A DNA stretch of 63,986 nt, filler included, from Stramenopiles sp. TOSAG23-3 (taxonomy: Eukaryota): the NCBI GenBank assembly GCA_900128585.1. It is 4 parts of 4 records of this genome, joined end to end, with 100 filler letters (N's around TTAATTAATTAA, not from the genome) between each part and the next. Parts side by side here need not be neighbours in the genome. Positions count along the whole stretch, not along the records: positions 1 to 16,416 come from LT642488.1; positions 16,517 to 32,921 come from LT642489.1; 2 more parts are not named here. One strand, written 5' to 3'. Numbering within the stretch: position 1 is the first letter of the stretch; each line of letters opens with the position of its first letter. A program made the position numbers and the translations under genes. The notes below the pieces were generated by a model. That model made no database searches, was not told the origin of the DNA, and was given only the letters and a program-made list of their open reading frames with translations. This document shows, in pieces, positions 10,054 through 21,200 of the stretch.

Positions 10054-11901
10054 ATGGAACCATCGAAAAAAATAAACGTTTTGGTGGGCGTGACTGCCTC
10101 TGTCGCAGCGGTTAAAACCCCCGAGTTGATCGATGGGTTATTTGAGAGTGGGCGAGTTGGGCGGATTGATTTAATCGTTACGGAAAGCGCAAAGCATTTC
10201 TTGAAAAGCGTCAATTACAAGGGCAAGCCTGTGTTTGACAGTTTGCGGGCTGTGCGTGAAAAGCACACCTGCGCCTCCGATCCTGTGCGTGAATCCGATA
10301 GGGAACAGTTTGGCGACGAGGGATTTTTTGGGGAGATTGGAACGCGGGCACCCCTCAGCAAGTTGCGCGTTTTTACGGATGCGGACGAATGGAAGAATTA
10401 CAAAGATGTAAACTTAGACCCAGTGCTGCACATTGAGTTGGCCAAGCGGAACGACGTGCTTTTAATTTCGCCTCTGTCGGCGGGCAGTCTTTCAAAAATT
10501 GTCAACGGTTCTTGCGACAATTTAGTTACCACGACGGTTCGTGCATGGCCGTTTGACTTGGCCACTACAGATGACGATGGCAATAGTAGTACAAAACCAT
10601 TTTTCGTGGCTCCGGCCATGAACACCGTAATGTGGAATCAGGGTATTACGCAGCAGCACGTGGGCGTGTTAAAAACCCGAGGAGTTGCCATGATCGACCC
10701 GGTTGTTAAGCTCCTCGCATGCGGGGATACGGGCAAAGGCGCCATGGCAGACGTGGAGACCATTGTCGCACGTGCCACCGGCCCCGTCACCCCCACTGTA
10801 CAAACGCCCCCACCTTCCCCTGGTGTCCGTATGGTCGACCTGTCCCCAAACAGCAAAGCAAACGCGCCCTACGATGGTTCCCAAAAAGCTTTCTTCGAGA
10901 TGAACTCTGCGCCACCAGACCTCAGCACGGTGTCCAGGAAAGTTTCTCTGTTTTTAGAAAAAATCCCGACCAACAAAACAGTTGTACTTGTCACTAGTGG
11001 TGGCACTACGGTGCGTTTAGAAAGAAACACCGTTCGGAGCATTGATAACTTTAGCACGGGAGGCAGGGGCTCTGCATCGTGTGAACATTTTTTACGTCGT
11101 GGTTGTTGCGTTATATTTCTACACCGACGGTTTTCGATTCTTCCGTTTCAACGGAACTGCCGCCCCCTCTTCGAAGAACTGGACGACAGCCTGGAATCCT
11201 TTCCCGATAAAATAATGTCCGCCGCGACGGAATGCAGAACAAGGATTAGCCTGTGCGCCCAAGAAAACGAAGACATACGCCTTTTGAGTGTGCCCTTTTC
11301 TAGCGTGGTGGAATACCTGTTTTATATGCGATGCATCGTTACCCAGCTTGACCCCTTGGGGAAACGCGCAATGCTGTATCTTGCTGCGGCCGTCAGCGAC
11401 TTTTATATTCCAGAGGTGGAGATGGCCAGGGATAAAATTCAGTCCACCCCAGAAGGCTTGACTCTTCAGTTGCGCGCCGTCCCCAAAATGCTGGCAATGG
11501 TCAGGTCCTCTTGGGCGCCCAATATTTTCTTTGTCAGTTTCAAGCTTGAGACGGAAAGCCACAATTTTCTGTTGATGAAGGCGAAGCGGGCGATGGAGAA
11601 GTACGGCGTAGATGTGGTGGTTGCAAATATGCTGCAAAATTACAAGAAAGAAGTGACGCTCATTACGCGAAAAAGCGAATCGTTAAGACAAGTTAGCGAC
11701 GCGGAGGGGATGATCTTGACAAAGGTTCAAGTTGTGCTCAACCCAAACCTGCCCGACCGTGACTTAGAGCAAGATATAGTGAGTGTGGTGCTCCAGCAAC
11801 AGGCGCACACATTAGACCCCCTCAAGCATACCGCAATGGATGCCTATCCCGTGTTCAACGGGTATCCATATTTGACCGTCTATCGCGTAGAAGATCTATG
11901 A
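10054..11901 (+). CDS. coaBC: Bifunctional phosphopantothenoylcysteine decarboxylase / synthetase (PPCDC-PPCS fusion)
   Basis: N-terminal HFCD flavoprotein (GVTASVAAVK, VLHIELAK, PAMNTVMW, LACGDTGKGAM), Pro-rich linker, then PPCS (VTSGGTTVRLE, IDNFSTGGRG, YLAAAVSDFY, VSFKLET, VVANML). Confidence 0.92.
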   Translation: MEPSKKINVLVGVTASVAAVKTPELIDGLFESGRVGRIDLIVTESAKHFLKSVNYKGKPVFDSLRAVREKHTCASDPVRESDREQFGDEGFFGEIGTRAPLSKLRVFTDADEWKNYKDVNLDPVLHIELAKRNDVLLISPLSAGSLSKIVNGSCDNLVTTTVRAWPFDLATTDDDGNSSTKPFFVAPAMNTVMWNQGITQQHVGVLKTRGVAMIDPVVKLLACGDTGKGAMADVETIVARATGPVTPTVQTPPPSPGVRMVDLSPNSKANAPYDGSQKAFFEMNSAPPDLSTVSRKVSLFLEKIPTNKTVVLVTSGGTTVRLERNTVRSIDNFSTGGRGSASCEHFLRRGCCVIFLHRRFSILPFQRNCRPLFEELDDSLESFPDKIMSAATECRTRISLCAQENEDIRLLSVPFSSVVEYLFYMRCIVTQLDPLGKRAMLYLAAAVSDFYIPEVEMARDKIQSTPEGLTLQLRAVPKMLAMVRSSWAPNIFFVSFKLETESHNFLLMKAKRAMEKYGVDVVVANMLQNYKKEVTLITRKSESLRQVSDAEGMILTKVQVVLNPNLPDRDLEQDIVSVVLQQQAHTLDPLKHTAMDAYPVFNGYPYLTVYRVEDL

Positions 11902-12069
11902 ACAGACATCTGTAAGAATGAGTACGAATTAAAAACAAAAAATTGGCTGTTATTTAAGTAATGAGTGCGAATTAATATAATTTCTAATACATCGTGATAG
12001 ATATAAAATGAGAGGTCTTAAAGCATACTATATAATTTGTTTTTTAATACATCGTAATTTTCTTATTTT

Positions 12070-12196
12070 TTTAAAACAAGAAAATTGGTGGCTGTTATTT
12101 TTATCATATGATAAGTATCATATCATATCTTAATTAATGTATTTCATACTGCGAACTGAAATCTAGATTTAGACATTATTCTAGTTTTGCATTCCT
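12070..12196 (+). repeat. Dispersed repeat, copy 2, within a cluster of AAGAAAATTGGCTGTT motifs (11930-12320)
   Basis: 12147-12196 matches the reverse complement of 47338-47384 with one 3-nt indel and one substitution. Confidence 0.85.
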
Positions 12197-12523
12197 ATTT
12201 TTTTTAATCAAGAAAAATTGGCTGTTGTTATATTTAAGTAATTAAATTTAGCTTCGTCGTACCCTAATCCTAACTTGGTCCTATTTTTTTAAAACAAGAA
12301 AAAAATTGGCTGTTCTTACCTTTTTGAAGAAAAAAAAACCTAATTCGGCGAAGTGTAAATATCTATAATAATTTGTTTTTTTTCTATAATAATTCGTTTT
12401 TTTAATTCGTCCTCGTAAATTAAGAACTTTGCTATTTTAAACCCAGAGGGTTGTTATATCGTACACTGGTATGATAGTTTTTCTTATAACAGTGTTCACA
12501 CCATTGGGTGTAAGGTTCTTCGG

Positions 12524-13861
12524 TCAAACCACCGTTTCCAGCACACCAATTGGAATATTGACCGTCTCGGCAAAAGTTGCTTTTCGGGATTGCTTTGGCA
12601 AGCCGTTTTCTTTAATCACAGGGTTGATCGGTTGCCATGGCACTGGCCCACTACTATTGGCTTCGGCGATGGATGTGCCACCAGATTGCACTTTTTGTTT
12701 CTTCACGGTTTGCTCCTTCTTGGCCGCTCGTTTCGGCCCTTGTCGAGAGCTGCGCCCATAGGATTTTGTCACATACTTTTTGTGCTTTTCAAGCATGCCA
12801 CTGAAAAACATAGATATTTCTTTTGCAGTGCAATTTGCCCGCGCTTTTCGAACTTTAGCAACATCTTTCCACGTGACAGTGGGGTTGTCCTTTCCAAATT
12901 GGCCGAGCATGGACGCAACTTCGGAAACGGCATATGCCGCTTCCTCTTCCGAATGAAAATCCCCCAACACCACAGGTCGGTTCTTGTTTTTCCCTTGGCC
13001 GACCCCGTCAGGGACGTTTCCATATATTGCACGAAAACGCTTGCGTGGCGGCCACTGCTCGCCCGACATAGATGGATCGTCGTTTTGCCACCACCTTTTC
13101 CTACCAGTTCCTTTCGGGTTATCTATCCTCCGCTCAGAACCTTTGGCAGTTCTTTTGGGGATGGTTTTCACGCCCCTGTAAATACTTGAGCCTTTGCAAT
13201 ACAGCTGTTTGTACTCTATACTGTCCTGCTTCTCTTTTATCATGTCTTGTATCACTTTTGCGCCCCTAAAGTTCAGAAAGTTGAGAGATTTGAACAATCC
13301 GTTCCGTTCTATTATATCTTTATCGTGCACCTTGGCCGCGTCGATTTCGCTTTGGTACGTTCCTGCGTATTTCTTTTTCGTGTGCTGGACGGCCCAACCA
13401 GTTTTCCCGTTCTTGCTGACCCCCATATATTTTGAAATATAGCCTTTGTACGTCGGGTCTTCCTCTCGCAGGAGAGCTTTCAATCGCTCTATTTCTGCAT
13501 CCTTCTGGTCTATAACGTGCCGAACTGCACGTTGGACATGCAACGGGATACAAACATAATCTTGCATATGGATTTGCCTCTGCTTTACCACGCGGTCCGC
13601 AAACACCTCCGCGAGCATGTGCTTGCCGTTTCCGAGGTAGGGGGGGAGTTGTACGGCACAACTTCCTTCGTTTCGACTACGTTTGTTTTGCACATTTACT
13701 CGGTCAGACCCTGGGACTGGAATAGTCAAGTCCTCTTCCTTAAATTTTTCCGCGATGCCATCCACCAGCACTCTTGGTTGCCCCCCGGACACCGTGAGGG
13801 GGCTCCTATTTTTGAATATCTGGCTGCTTACCCGTCGGACCGTTTCTTGGTCAATGTACAT
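12524..13861 (-). CDS. AP2/ERF-domain DNA-binding protein (two AP2-like domains)
   Basis: SKYMGVSK..GW.V..KYAGTYQSEIDAAKVHD...LNF and SSIYRGV...FRAIY...LGDFHSEEEAAYA. Confidence 0.75.
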   Translation of the reverse strand: MYIDQETVRRVSSQIFKNRSPLTVSGGQPRVLVDGIAEKFKEEDLTIPVPGSDRVNVQNKRSRNEGSCAVQLPPYLGNGKHMLAEVFADRVVKQRQIHMQDYVCIPLHVQRAVRHVIDQKDAEIERLKALLREEDPTYKGYISKYMGVSKNGKTGWAVQHTKKKYAGTYQSEIDAAKVHDKDIIERNGLFKSLNFLNFRGAKVIQDMIKEKQDSIEYKQLYCKGSSIYRGVKTIPKRTAKGSERRIDNPKGTGRKRWWQNDDPSMSGEQWPPRKRFRAIYGNVPDGVGQGKNKNRPVVLGDFHSEEEAAYAVSEVASMLGQFGKDNPTVTWKDVAKVRKARANCTAKEISMFFSGMLEKHKKYVTKSYGRSSRQGPKRAAKKEQTVKKQKVQSGGTSIAEANSSGPVPWQPINPVIKENGLPKQSRKATFAETVNIPIGVLETVV

Positions 13862-14937
13862 TGCGAGATAGGATATATGGTCTCTTCTTGGGCATTCCCT
13901 TTTTTGGTAATACTTCTACTTTACAATAACTTCGACGACAAAACATTCCAATGACTTTGGATAAGATAAAACGAAAGGGGATGTTTGAAAGAGCAATGTC
14001 GTTCTAGAGTAATAATGCAAATATATATGCGGTATTCAAATTTGATCATCCAACACATCCAAAAAACACCTTTTTTTTTTTTTTATAGGAGGAGGAGGAA
14101 GGACAAACGCCTGCTGCTGTGCTGGTGGGGGGGCTACCACCCATTTATATAATATTATTAATATCAGCCACCACCACACAGCAGCGGATGAATTTTAAAT
14201 AAAAAAAAAAGGATCGGTTGAATGGAATAAAATATAAAAATATTATTAATAATATTTATTTAACAAAGAGAGAAGAACGAAAGAAGGAAGAAGAAGAAGG
14301 AGAGGAAGGGAAGGACTACTAAAATATAATTATTCTTCTATATTATTACGAAGAAGAAGAAGAAGAAGAAAGATCTTTTTTGATTTTGATTATTATTGAT
14401 TTGAGCATCATTTTTTTTAATTATTTTTTTTTATAAAAAAAGCTATATTATTTATTATGTATTACATTGTATAACTATATAAGGTGTAATTTAAAAAAAT
14501 CACGATTCTTCAGTATTTAATAGTAACTATATATACACAGGCAGACTTAGTGCAAATTATTTAATTGAGTCTTCGTAGTCAGTCTTATTATTATTTACAT
14601 TATAAGATTATAAGACGACTCCTCGTATTGTTAATACCGTCATACTACTACGGTGTTTTATTTAGGAATTTGTGAAAACAGAGGAGGAAGGCAAAAGGAG
14701 GAGGGGAAGGAGAACGAGTAGGGCTGCGCTCTGCTGCGTGCGTTGTGAATTAGAAATTTGATATTTATGACTTCTCAAACCCCTCTGTAGTATATTTTAA
14801 AACAACGACGAAAGTATTTAGGAATTTCTAATAACTGTTCATCCAATTCAATAAAAGCGCCAAAAGAACTGGTCGTTTTCTACGCGGAGTGTAAATCGCA
14901 GACCTAGCACGTTTTAGCAGCCGGGCGTTTGAATAGA

Positions 14938-16293
14938 ATGCGCTTTGTCTTCCTGGTCAGCTACTGTTTCATAGCAAGCTCTTGCTTCTGCTGGGAAGCG
15001 TTTCCATTTTCTTTGCGGGTTGCTCCTTTGGGCATCCCTCAGGTAGATTATGAGCCTTACCTTCGGCCTGGTTACTATGGCCTCCCAACATTGGATTTGA
15101 AATCGGTAAACTTTAGTCATGTTATCAATAAAACGCACACGTCTGTTACGTTGGAGAATGAGCATCTCCACGTCGTAATTTTGCCAGAAATGGGACGTGT
15201 GTACCGAATTGTTTCCAAACCTACTGGTCACGACGTTCTGTGGCGAAATGATGTAGCCACCCCTGGTGGGGCAAATAATAAGCTTGGTTGGTGGCTGTGG
15301 ATCGGTGGAATCGAGTATACTCTACCCGGGGAAGAGCATGGTTACACATGGGCAATACCGTGGAAGTGGACGGTAACGGAAAACTCGACGACACGAAAGG
15401 CGATACAGCTGACAGTCAGGGAACCCAGTACAGGTCTCCTCGAATGCCTCACGCTGTCGTTGGGAGCAGGCAGTTCGTCTTTGCGAACTGACATTGTCAT
15501 AAAAAATCCAGGCCTAAAGCCGGCCGCGTTTGCGCATTGGACCAATGTACCTATGGTCCCGGGCGGCAAGAACGAGCTTTTGGACGACACAACGTTTGAA
15601 ATACCCACCAAAGAGGTTCTCATCGCAAAGCGTTGGCAACAGAACCTTGGGCAGTCCCCTCAAAATTGGCAGACGAGCCAGTTGCGTAACATTTCAGGTT
15701 GGAAAGGCGGAATGGGAGATTTTACAGCAAAGGATCTTACTGCTGGCTATTTTGGTGCGTACACAGCCCTGGAGGACGAGGGCGCCCTTCGTATTTTTAA
15801 CTCGACTGTCACCCCCGGTTTGGACACTTGGACATATGGATTTCACCCACAAAAAGGTGTGATTCCGGGCGAGGAGAAACGATCAACTGGGTATGCAGAA
15901 ATGTGGGGAGGGAATGTGAAAACCTTTCCAAACGAGCGCGCACCGATCAGTGGAAACAATGCAACCATCACTTGGACGGAATGGATTCATCCCTACCATA
16001 GCGTACGGGCAGCCCCGTTGGTTTTCGCCGATTCGACCATAATCGTCCATGCGGATTGGGACGAAGCGTCTTCGTTGTTGACGGTTTACTTCAGCCATGC
16101 ATCATCGGACCTTCAAGTGACTTCAATTGAACTGCGATGCGGCGAGGACATTGTAGACAAAAAAGTGTTCGTCCCTGTCCCGCGCACGTTTCGTAAATAC
16201 TCTGTGAAGATCAAATCAGAGAACATTTTTGACTTGAAGGCAGACATTCTTTTGAATCATACCTATGCGCGTAGCTTTCAATTATTAAAGTAG
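14938..16293 (+). CDS. Secreted DUF5107 / galactose-mutarotase-like beta-sandwich protein
   Basis: Signal peptide; LENEHLHVVILPEMGRVYRI, WLWIGGIEY, WTN, WTYG and YAEMWGG resemble bacterial DUF5107 proteins. ATG at 14938. Confidence 0.65.
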   Translation: MRFVFLVSYCFIASSCFCWEAFPFSLRVAPLGIPQVDYEPYLRPGYYGLPTLDLKSVNFSHVINKTHTSVTLENEHLHVVILPEMGRVYRIVSKPTGHDVLWRNDVATPGGANNKLGWWLWIGGIEYTLPGEEHGYTWAIPWKWTVTENSTTRKAIQLTVREPSTGLLECLTLSLGAGSSSLRTDIVIKNPGLKPAAFAHWTNVPMVPGGKNELLDDTTFEIPTKEVLIAKRWQQNLGQSPQNWQTSQLRNISGWKGGMGDFTAKDLTAGYFGAYTALEDEGALRIFNSTVTPGLDTWTYGFHPQKGVIPGEEKRSTGYAEMWGGNVKTFPNERAPISGNNATITWTEWIHPYHSVRAAPLVFADSTIIVHADWDEASSLLTVYFSHASSDLQVTSIELRCGEDIVDKKVFVPVPRTFRKYSVKIKSENIFDLKADILLNHTYARSFQLLK

Positions 16294-16416
16294 CGGTTAT
16301 GAAGAGACATTAGTATTTGCCGTTTGTTGTACAAAAAACAAAATGTTTCTTTATTATATTATGATATATATTTTAAATTATGATATTAAAAAACTTCAAA
16401 AAAAACTATACTGTTA

Positions 16417-16516
16417 NNNNNNNNNNNNNNNNNNNNNNNNNNNNNNNNNNNNNNNNNNNNTTAATTAATTAANNNNNNNNNNNNNNNNNNNNNNNNNNNN
16501 NNNNNNNNNNNNNNNN
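16417..16516. other. Artificial contig linker (N44-TTAATTAATTAA-N44)
   Basis: 100-nt spacer with stops in all six frames, identical to 32922-33021 and 49388-49487. Confidence 0.98.
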
Positions 16517-16517
16517 A

Positions 16518-16588
<71 letters not shown>
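16517..16588. repeat. (AAAG)n microsatellite at contig start
   Basis: Uninterrupted AAAG run where the assembly broke. Confidence 0.95.
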
Positions 16589-16589
<1 letters not shown>

Positions 16590-17040
16590 GGAAGAGGTAA
16601 TAATTATTTTAATTCGGGGTTAAAAGTATTACAGAAAAGAGAGGACCACAACCTTCAACTAAATCGAAATCACAAAATCAATCTCCATTCTTCATCTTCT
16701 TCTCTATGATGTGTTTATATTAAATTATTATTATTATTTGAAGATGAGGAGGAATGAGGAGAGAAGAAAGAGGTCGTTCTTCTTTTCTTTCTTCTTTTCT
16801 TCGTATTCACATAGTAAATAATAGAGAGTAGTTATTGTAGTAATGTAATACCTTTGGTAAAACAACAAAACAACAACAAAACAACAGGGTCAAATTTACC
16901 ATGATCATAATAGCTACTGGTAACAAAGCAAATGAAACATCACTCTTTTTTATCTATGTATGTTTATGAAACATTTGAACATGTTTTATACCAGGAAGGC
17001 AGTGAAATATATTACAACGATTTAACAAAATTATACCTTT

Positions 17041-18003
17041 ATGGAAGAAATGAGATTTGGTGGCAGAACGTCCACCAAGGCTCTTGCGAAGCACAGGGCC
17101 CCGACCCTCCAGGAGCGAATTAAGCACGTCCATGCGGTGGGGGCAAGGAAATACAATATTGGGCAAGAAAGAGGGGGGGGGGCTCAGGAAGAAAATGGAT
17201 TTCAACTAGAGCCAAAATCGTGCGTAGTCATCGATCGCGCTGGAAAGGAAGAGTTCACGTGCCCCATATGTTTGGACCTGCTCATTGAGCCATTGAAGCT
17301 CCCGACGTGCAAGCACATCCTATGCAAACGGTGCTGTACCGAAATGATTAGGCGAAATGACAACCAGCACGTGAAACGTTCGTGCCCGCTTTGCCGAACG
17401 GTCATTAAGAAAAGTTTCGATCCCAAAAGCGCACAGATCGATGAGGATTTTCGTGAAAAGGTAATGAAGGCGTTCCCGTCGGAAAGCAAAGATCTCCGGT
17501 TGCAAGTTGAGGAGGGCGAAAAGTATAGACTGCCAAAGCTCTGTGTGCTGTATGGAAATACGCACCAAAGGTTGAAGACCCCGATAAAGAACAAGCGGGG
17601 TAAAAAACTATGGGAAAGCTGGTCCACGTTCGTAAAGTTTGTTCACGCAGATGCTCCAGAAAAACGAATAAGGAATACAGAATTTGTCAAAAAGGTTACG
17701 TTTAACTTCGTCAAGCATTACCGTTCTTGTTACGGTGTAAGGCGCGTTATGGGAAAGACGGCCCATGGCCACTTTGGAGCGGGGGGCATTGGATGGGGAT
17801 TCTTTGATTACGAAATTAACATCGAATTTATACCTGAGCTAAAGATTCCGCCTGTTTCATTCGTGCCTGAGCTGTGCTTTGAAAATGGTGGTATCACGCA
17901 CGAGCTTGAGCTTGACATTGATGCGGCGCAGGCGTATTTAATCGGCCTCGTGGACAGGAAGACCTTGGTCGCGCACGACAAACGTGCTAAGGGAGCTAAA
18001 TAG
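17041..18003 (+). CDS. RING-finger (C3HC4) + YEATS domain protein
   Basis: CPICLDLLIEPLKLPTCKHILCKRC...CPLCR, then YGNTH...WSTFV...FVKKVTF...GWGFFDYEINIEF...ELCFENGG (YEATS). Confidence 0.8.
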   Translation: MEEMRFGGRTSTKALAKHRAPTLQERIKHVHAVGARKYNIGQERGGGAQEENGFQLEPKSCVVIDRAGKEEFTCPICLDLLIEPLKLPTCKHILCKRCCTEMIRRNDNQHVKRSCPLCRTVIKKSFDPKSAQIDEDFREKVMKAFPSESKDLRLQVEEGEKYRLPKLCVLYGNTHQRLKTPIKNKRGKKLWESWSTFVKFVHADAPEKRIRNTEFVKKVTFNFVKHYRSCYGVRRVMGKTAHGHFGAGGIGWGFFDYEINIEFIPELKIPPVSFVPELCFENGGITHELELDIDAAQAYLIGLVDRKTLVAHDKRAKGAK

Positions 18004-18265
18004 AAAAATACTAATCTGAAGTCGTAGAAAACAATTACCAATTTCAATTAAAGATTCATTTTCGTGGTAAATGAAGAGAGATAATTTTTCATTAATACTT
18101 AAATTAACAGTTAGACTTTTTGTTTTCAGAGTTTAAGAGTGTAATAAATTTTATTCGTGCGAAACAAGTTACTCCTAAGAAGTATAACTTTTAATTTAGA
18201 TCCTTCTAAATTAACAGCATACTATATTTACCCCGAGGTTCGGAGTCTCACTCAGGACCCGGTCT

Positions 18266-21200
18266 CTAAACTGCCAATTGTTCGTCAACCAAACTGTACA
18301 AGTCTTTCACCGTGTCGTCCTTTCCCTTTTGCGTCAAAAAGTTGCTATAGTGAACCGGGAATTGGTTCCGTGCCAACTCCACATCCATTCTATTTTCGTA
18401 GCACAGCCAGTGGCAAAATGGTATTAAAATGGAATCCTTCCATAGGTCAATTGCCTTATCCTTCAAAGGAAGAAAGTCTTTTGAATGCTTCAAGCTATTT
18501 AACCGTTTTTCAACCGCGGCATTGATTTCAGAAGGCGCCTTTGTGCCCTGTACCATCAATCTGCAACTAATTTCACGGATAGCTCGTAACATAATGTACC
18601 ACGCCGACTTCAACTTCATTTGCCTGCATGCGCCGTCCGCAGTGAAGCAAAGGGGCACAGAGCCCTCGCTTTGGTACTCTTGGGCGACTTCGCGCACAAT
18701 CTGGCGAAAATCTGTAGGTTTGCGAAACTCAAGGCTTTGAATGACCGTTTTGAACCCGTACATTCTACCAAACAAATAGGTTAGAATTGGGTGAGAAATA
18801 GGCACGGTAAAAAATGGACTCGTTAAACCAATCAAAACGATTCGATTCTCCTCTAATAGGACTATGTGCTGATGACTGACCGACTCGTATTCAAAAACAA
18901 TGGTGCAACCCGTAGCCAAAACAAAATTCACCAAGCTTTCCTTGGACTCCATGTTCAACAACATGTTGCACAAGTGGGTCGCAATTTCATTGGCAAATGA
19001 ATAGTGCTGGCTTGCAGGCAAGTGATCCCTAAAATTTCCCAGTTCTGACCAGGGAATGTACACTTTTAAATTCTTCGAGCCGGCGTACAAAGTGACGGAG
19101 CCATCGGAGAGTGTGAGAAATCCAAATTGTCCGTTTTCTCCGTTTGCTTTGTACGTCGGCAAAATCCTCGTAACCCCATCCAAGTCGAATTCTAACTCGG
19201 CGTCCTTGTCTCCATCTATCAAATTATCTTCCACCCCAGAAAACTTTTTCAGGCCAAAAGCACTTAGTTTTTTGCCCGCATTGTCCTTTTTCCACGACAG
19301 CCCCCTGCGTATGGTTTGCAGCAAATGGGGGGAACGCTTGTAAATCACATCGTCGGGTGTGCCCCTGGCATCCACTTTCGCCCTGAATCCTGCTACTAAG
19401 TCTTCCCCGGTCCCTTCCTCTTCCTGAACGGAAACATCAGGCTGGCCCATGCAGTAGTTGTAGTATTCTTCAGAAAAACGCCCGTAGTCGCATGCCTGGA
19501 AGTGCAAACTAACGTGAGATATTTGAAGCCATGCAATTGACCAAATTTTCTTCGTAAATTCTTTGTCTTGGTCTACTGAATCGTTCAGGGTGTTTCTGTC
19601 ACCTTCAAGTATTTCCTCGCACTTTCTCTTGAAGTCCACGAGGGCCTCTTTCTGAAGTCTCACGTTGAAATCAAAAACTCCACTGGGCGGGGGGCTGTTT
19701 GAGTGTTCAGCTTGGATCAATTTGACGTACTTTCTCTTCTCCTTCATGGCTTCCTCCAAAGGCTCTTTTAACCGTTTAATACGTGTCTGTACCTTCGATA
19801 TCTGTTTTTGCAACTGTTTAATTGGTTTTCCGATTTCGCCCGCCTTTCTAAGGGCGGCTTTAAACGTTTGGAATTCCTCCGGGTCGCAGTCTTCCGAGGG
19901 TTTGTTGAGCTTTTTACTCGTCCCAATTCGATACGGGCGCAGAATTTCATCTACCTGGGCTCCAATCGACTGTCTTATTTGGCTCAGTTCGGTGAATGTT
20001 TTGCTCAGCTCGGCTACTTCCGGTTCAATTTCCGCTCGTTTGGCGTCAATCTGCCGTTCGACGTCTCTTATTTGGATGTTGAGGGTCTTCACCTCCTCTC
20101 TGTCAACATGGCCAATTTGGCACAGTGTTGTCTCCAGCTTTGCATCAAATGAAACCTTTTCATCGCTGATCTTGGTTGCGAGCTCGATCCAAGCCATTCC
20201 CGCATTTGACATGACTTTCTTATGCAAACCCTCTGCAATAGTCAAGTGTCCCAACGGCCGTTCTATATACTTTCCAGTCAATTTGTTCTGCACTGTCGCC
20301 GGAGAAAAATATACACCTTCGTAAAAATAGACACCGTCCACGAAAATTTCAAAACACCCCAGGTTCTCGGCGGAGTCCGCTTGGCCGACAAACTCTTGCA
20401 GTGCAGGAGCGTGGGTATCGCACGCGTTTACTCCAAAAGCGTACGTGAAGGATAAATTGTTGGTCACCAGGATAGGGTCTGTATCAGTGCGGTAAACAGC
20501 GGTGCCATTTAAAAGTTTGCTGAAAAACGTTTTCGCCATCGTTTGATCGATGACAGCAAAACCAATGCGAGACACTTTCTCGATGCTTGTGCACGATTTC
20601 ACATCAATGGCCGTTCTTTGAACAAATGCATCGTACCCAGATTTTAAGTCTTTGCAAACGTCTTCAATACTCCGTCTGTACGTCTTCAAAATGCCAGAGC
20701 ACATAGACTCACTCATGTTCTGCACAAAGGTTTGGAACGCCGGCTGCCGCTCTGCCCATATGCTGGTCAGTTTTCGTTTCATGTACCTTACCTCAGTCTT
20801 TGACGGTGCTTCGCTGCTGCCAGCAACCACCCGTTTTCCCCCCTCGCCTTCCTCCACTGATTTCAGGTATTGGGAGTATTTTTCTTTGTCAAAATGCAAC
20901 GTCGATTTGCCAGTTTCGTTGGAGGGCAGCGAAGGTATGCTGTATATCTCTTTCCGGTGGTGATCATCGTAAAATAAGCTTCTTTCAGAAAAGGGAATTT
21001 GGTACCCCTTCCCGAACACCCGCTCAAATTTTCCGTCCTCGTTCTGAGCAACTTCTCGCCCCAAGGCTAATAGCTGAAGAAAGAGTTCATCCGTAAACCA
21101 GGCAGTCAAAAGCGGAGAGTTCTCGGTTGCACAAATAGTAGACACTTCAATCGTATCGTCCACTTGGTCAAATTTTTCTGCTTGTTGCTTCTGCAAACTG

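Noticed and set aside
11930-12320. Reiterated AAAATTGGCTGTT motifs as a CRISPR-like array
   Set aside because: Irregular spacing, degenerate short units, eukaryotic context, no cas genes. Treated as part of the dispersed repeat.
16461-16472. TTAATTAATTAA palindrome repeated three times
   Set aside because: Synthetic six-frame-stop linker between N runs.
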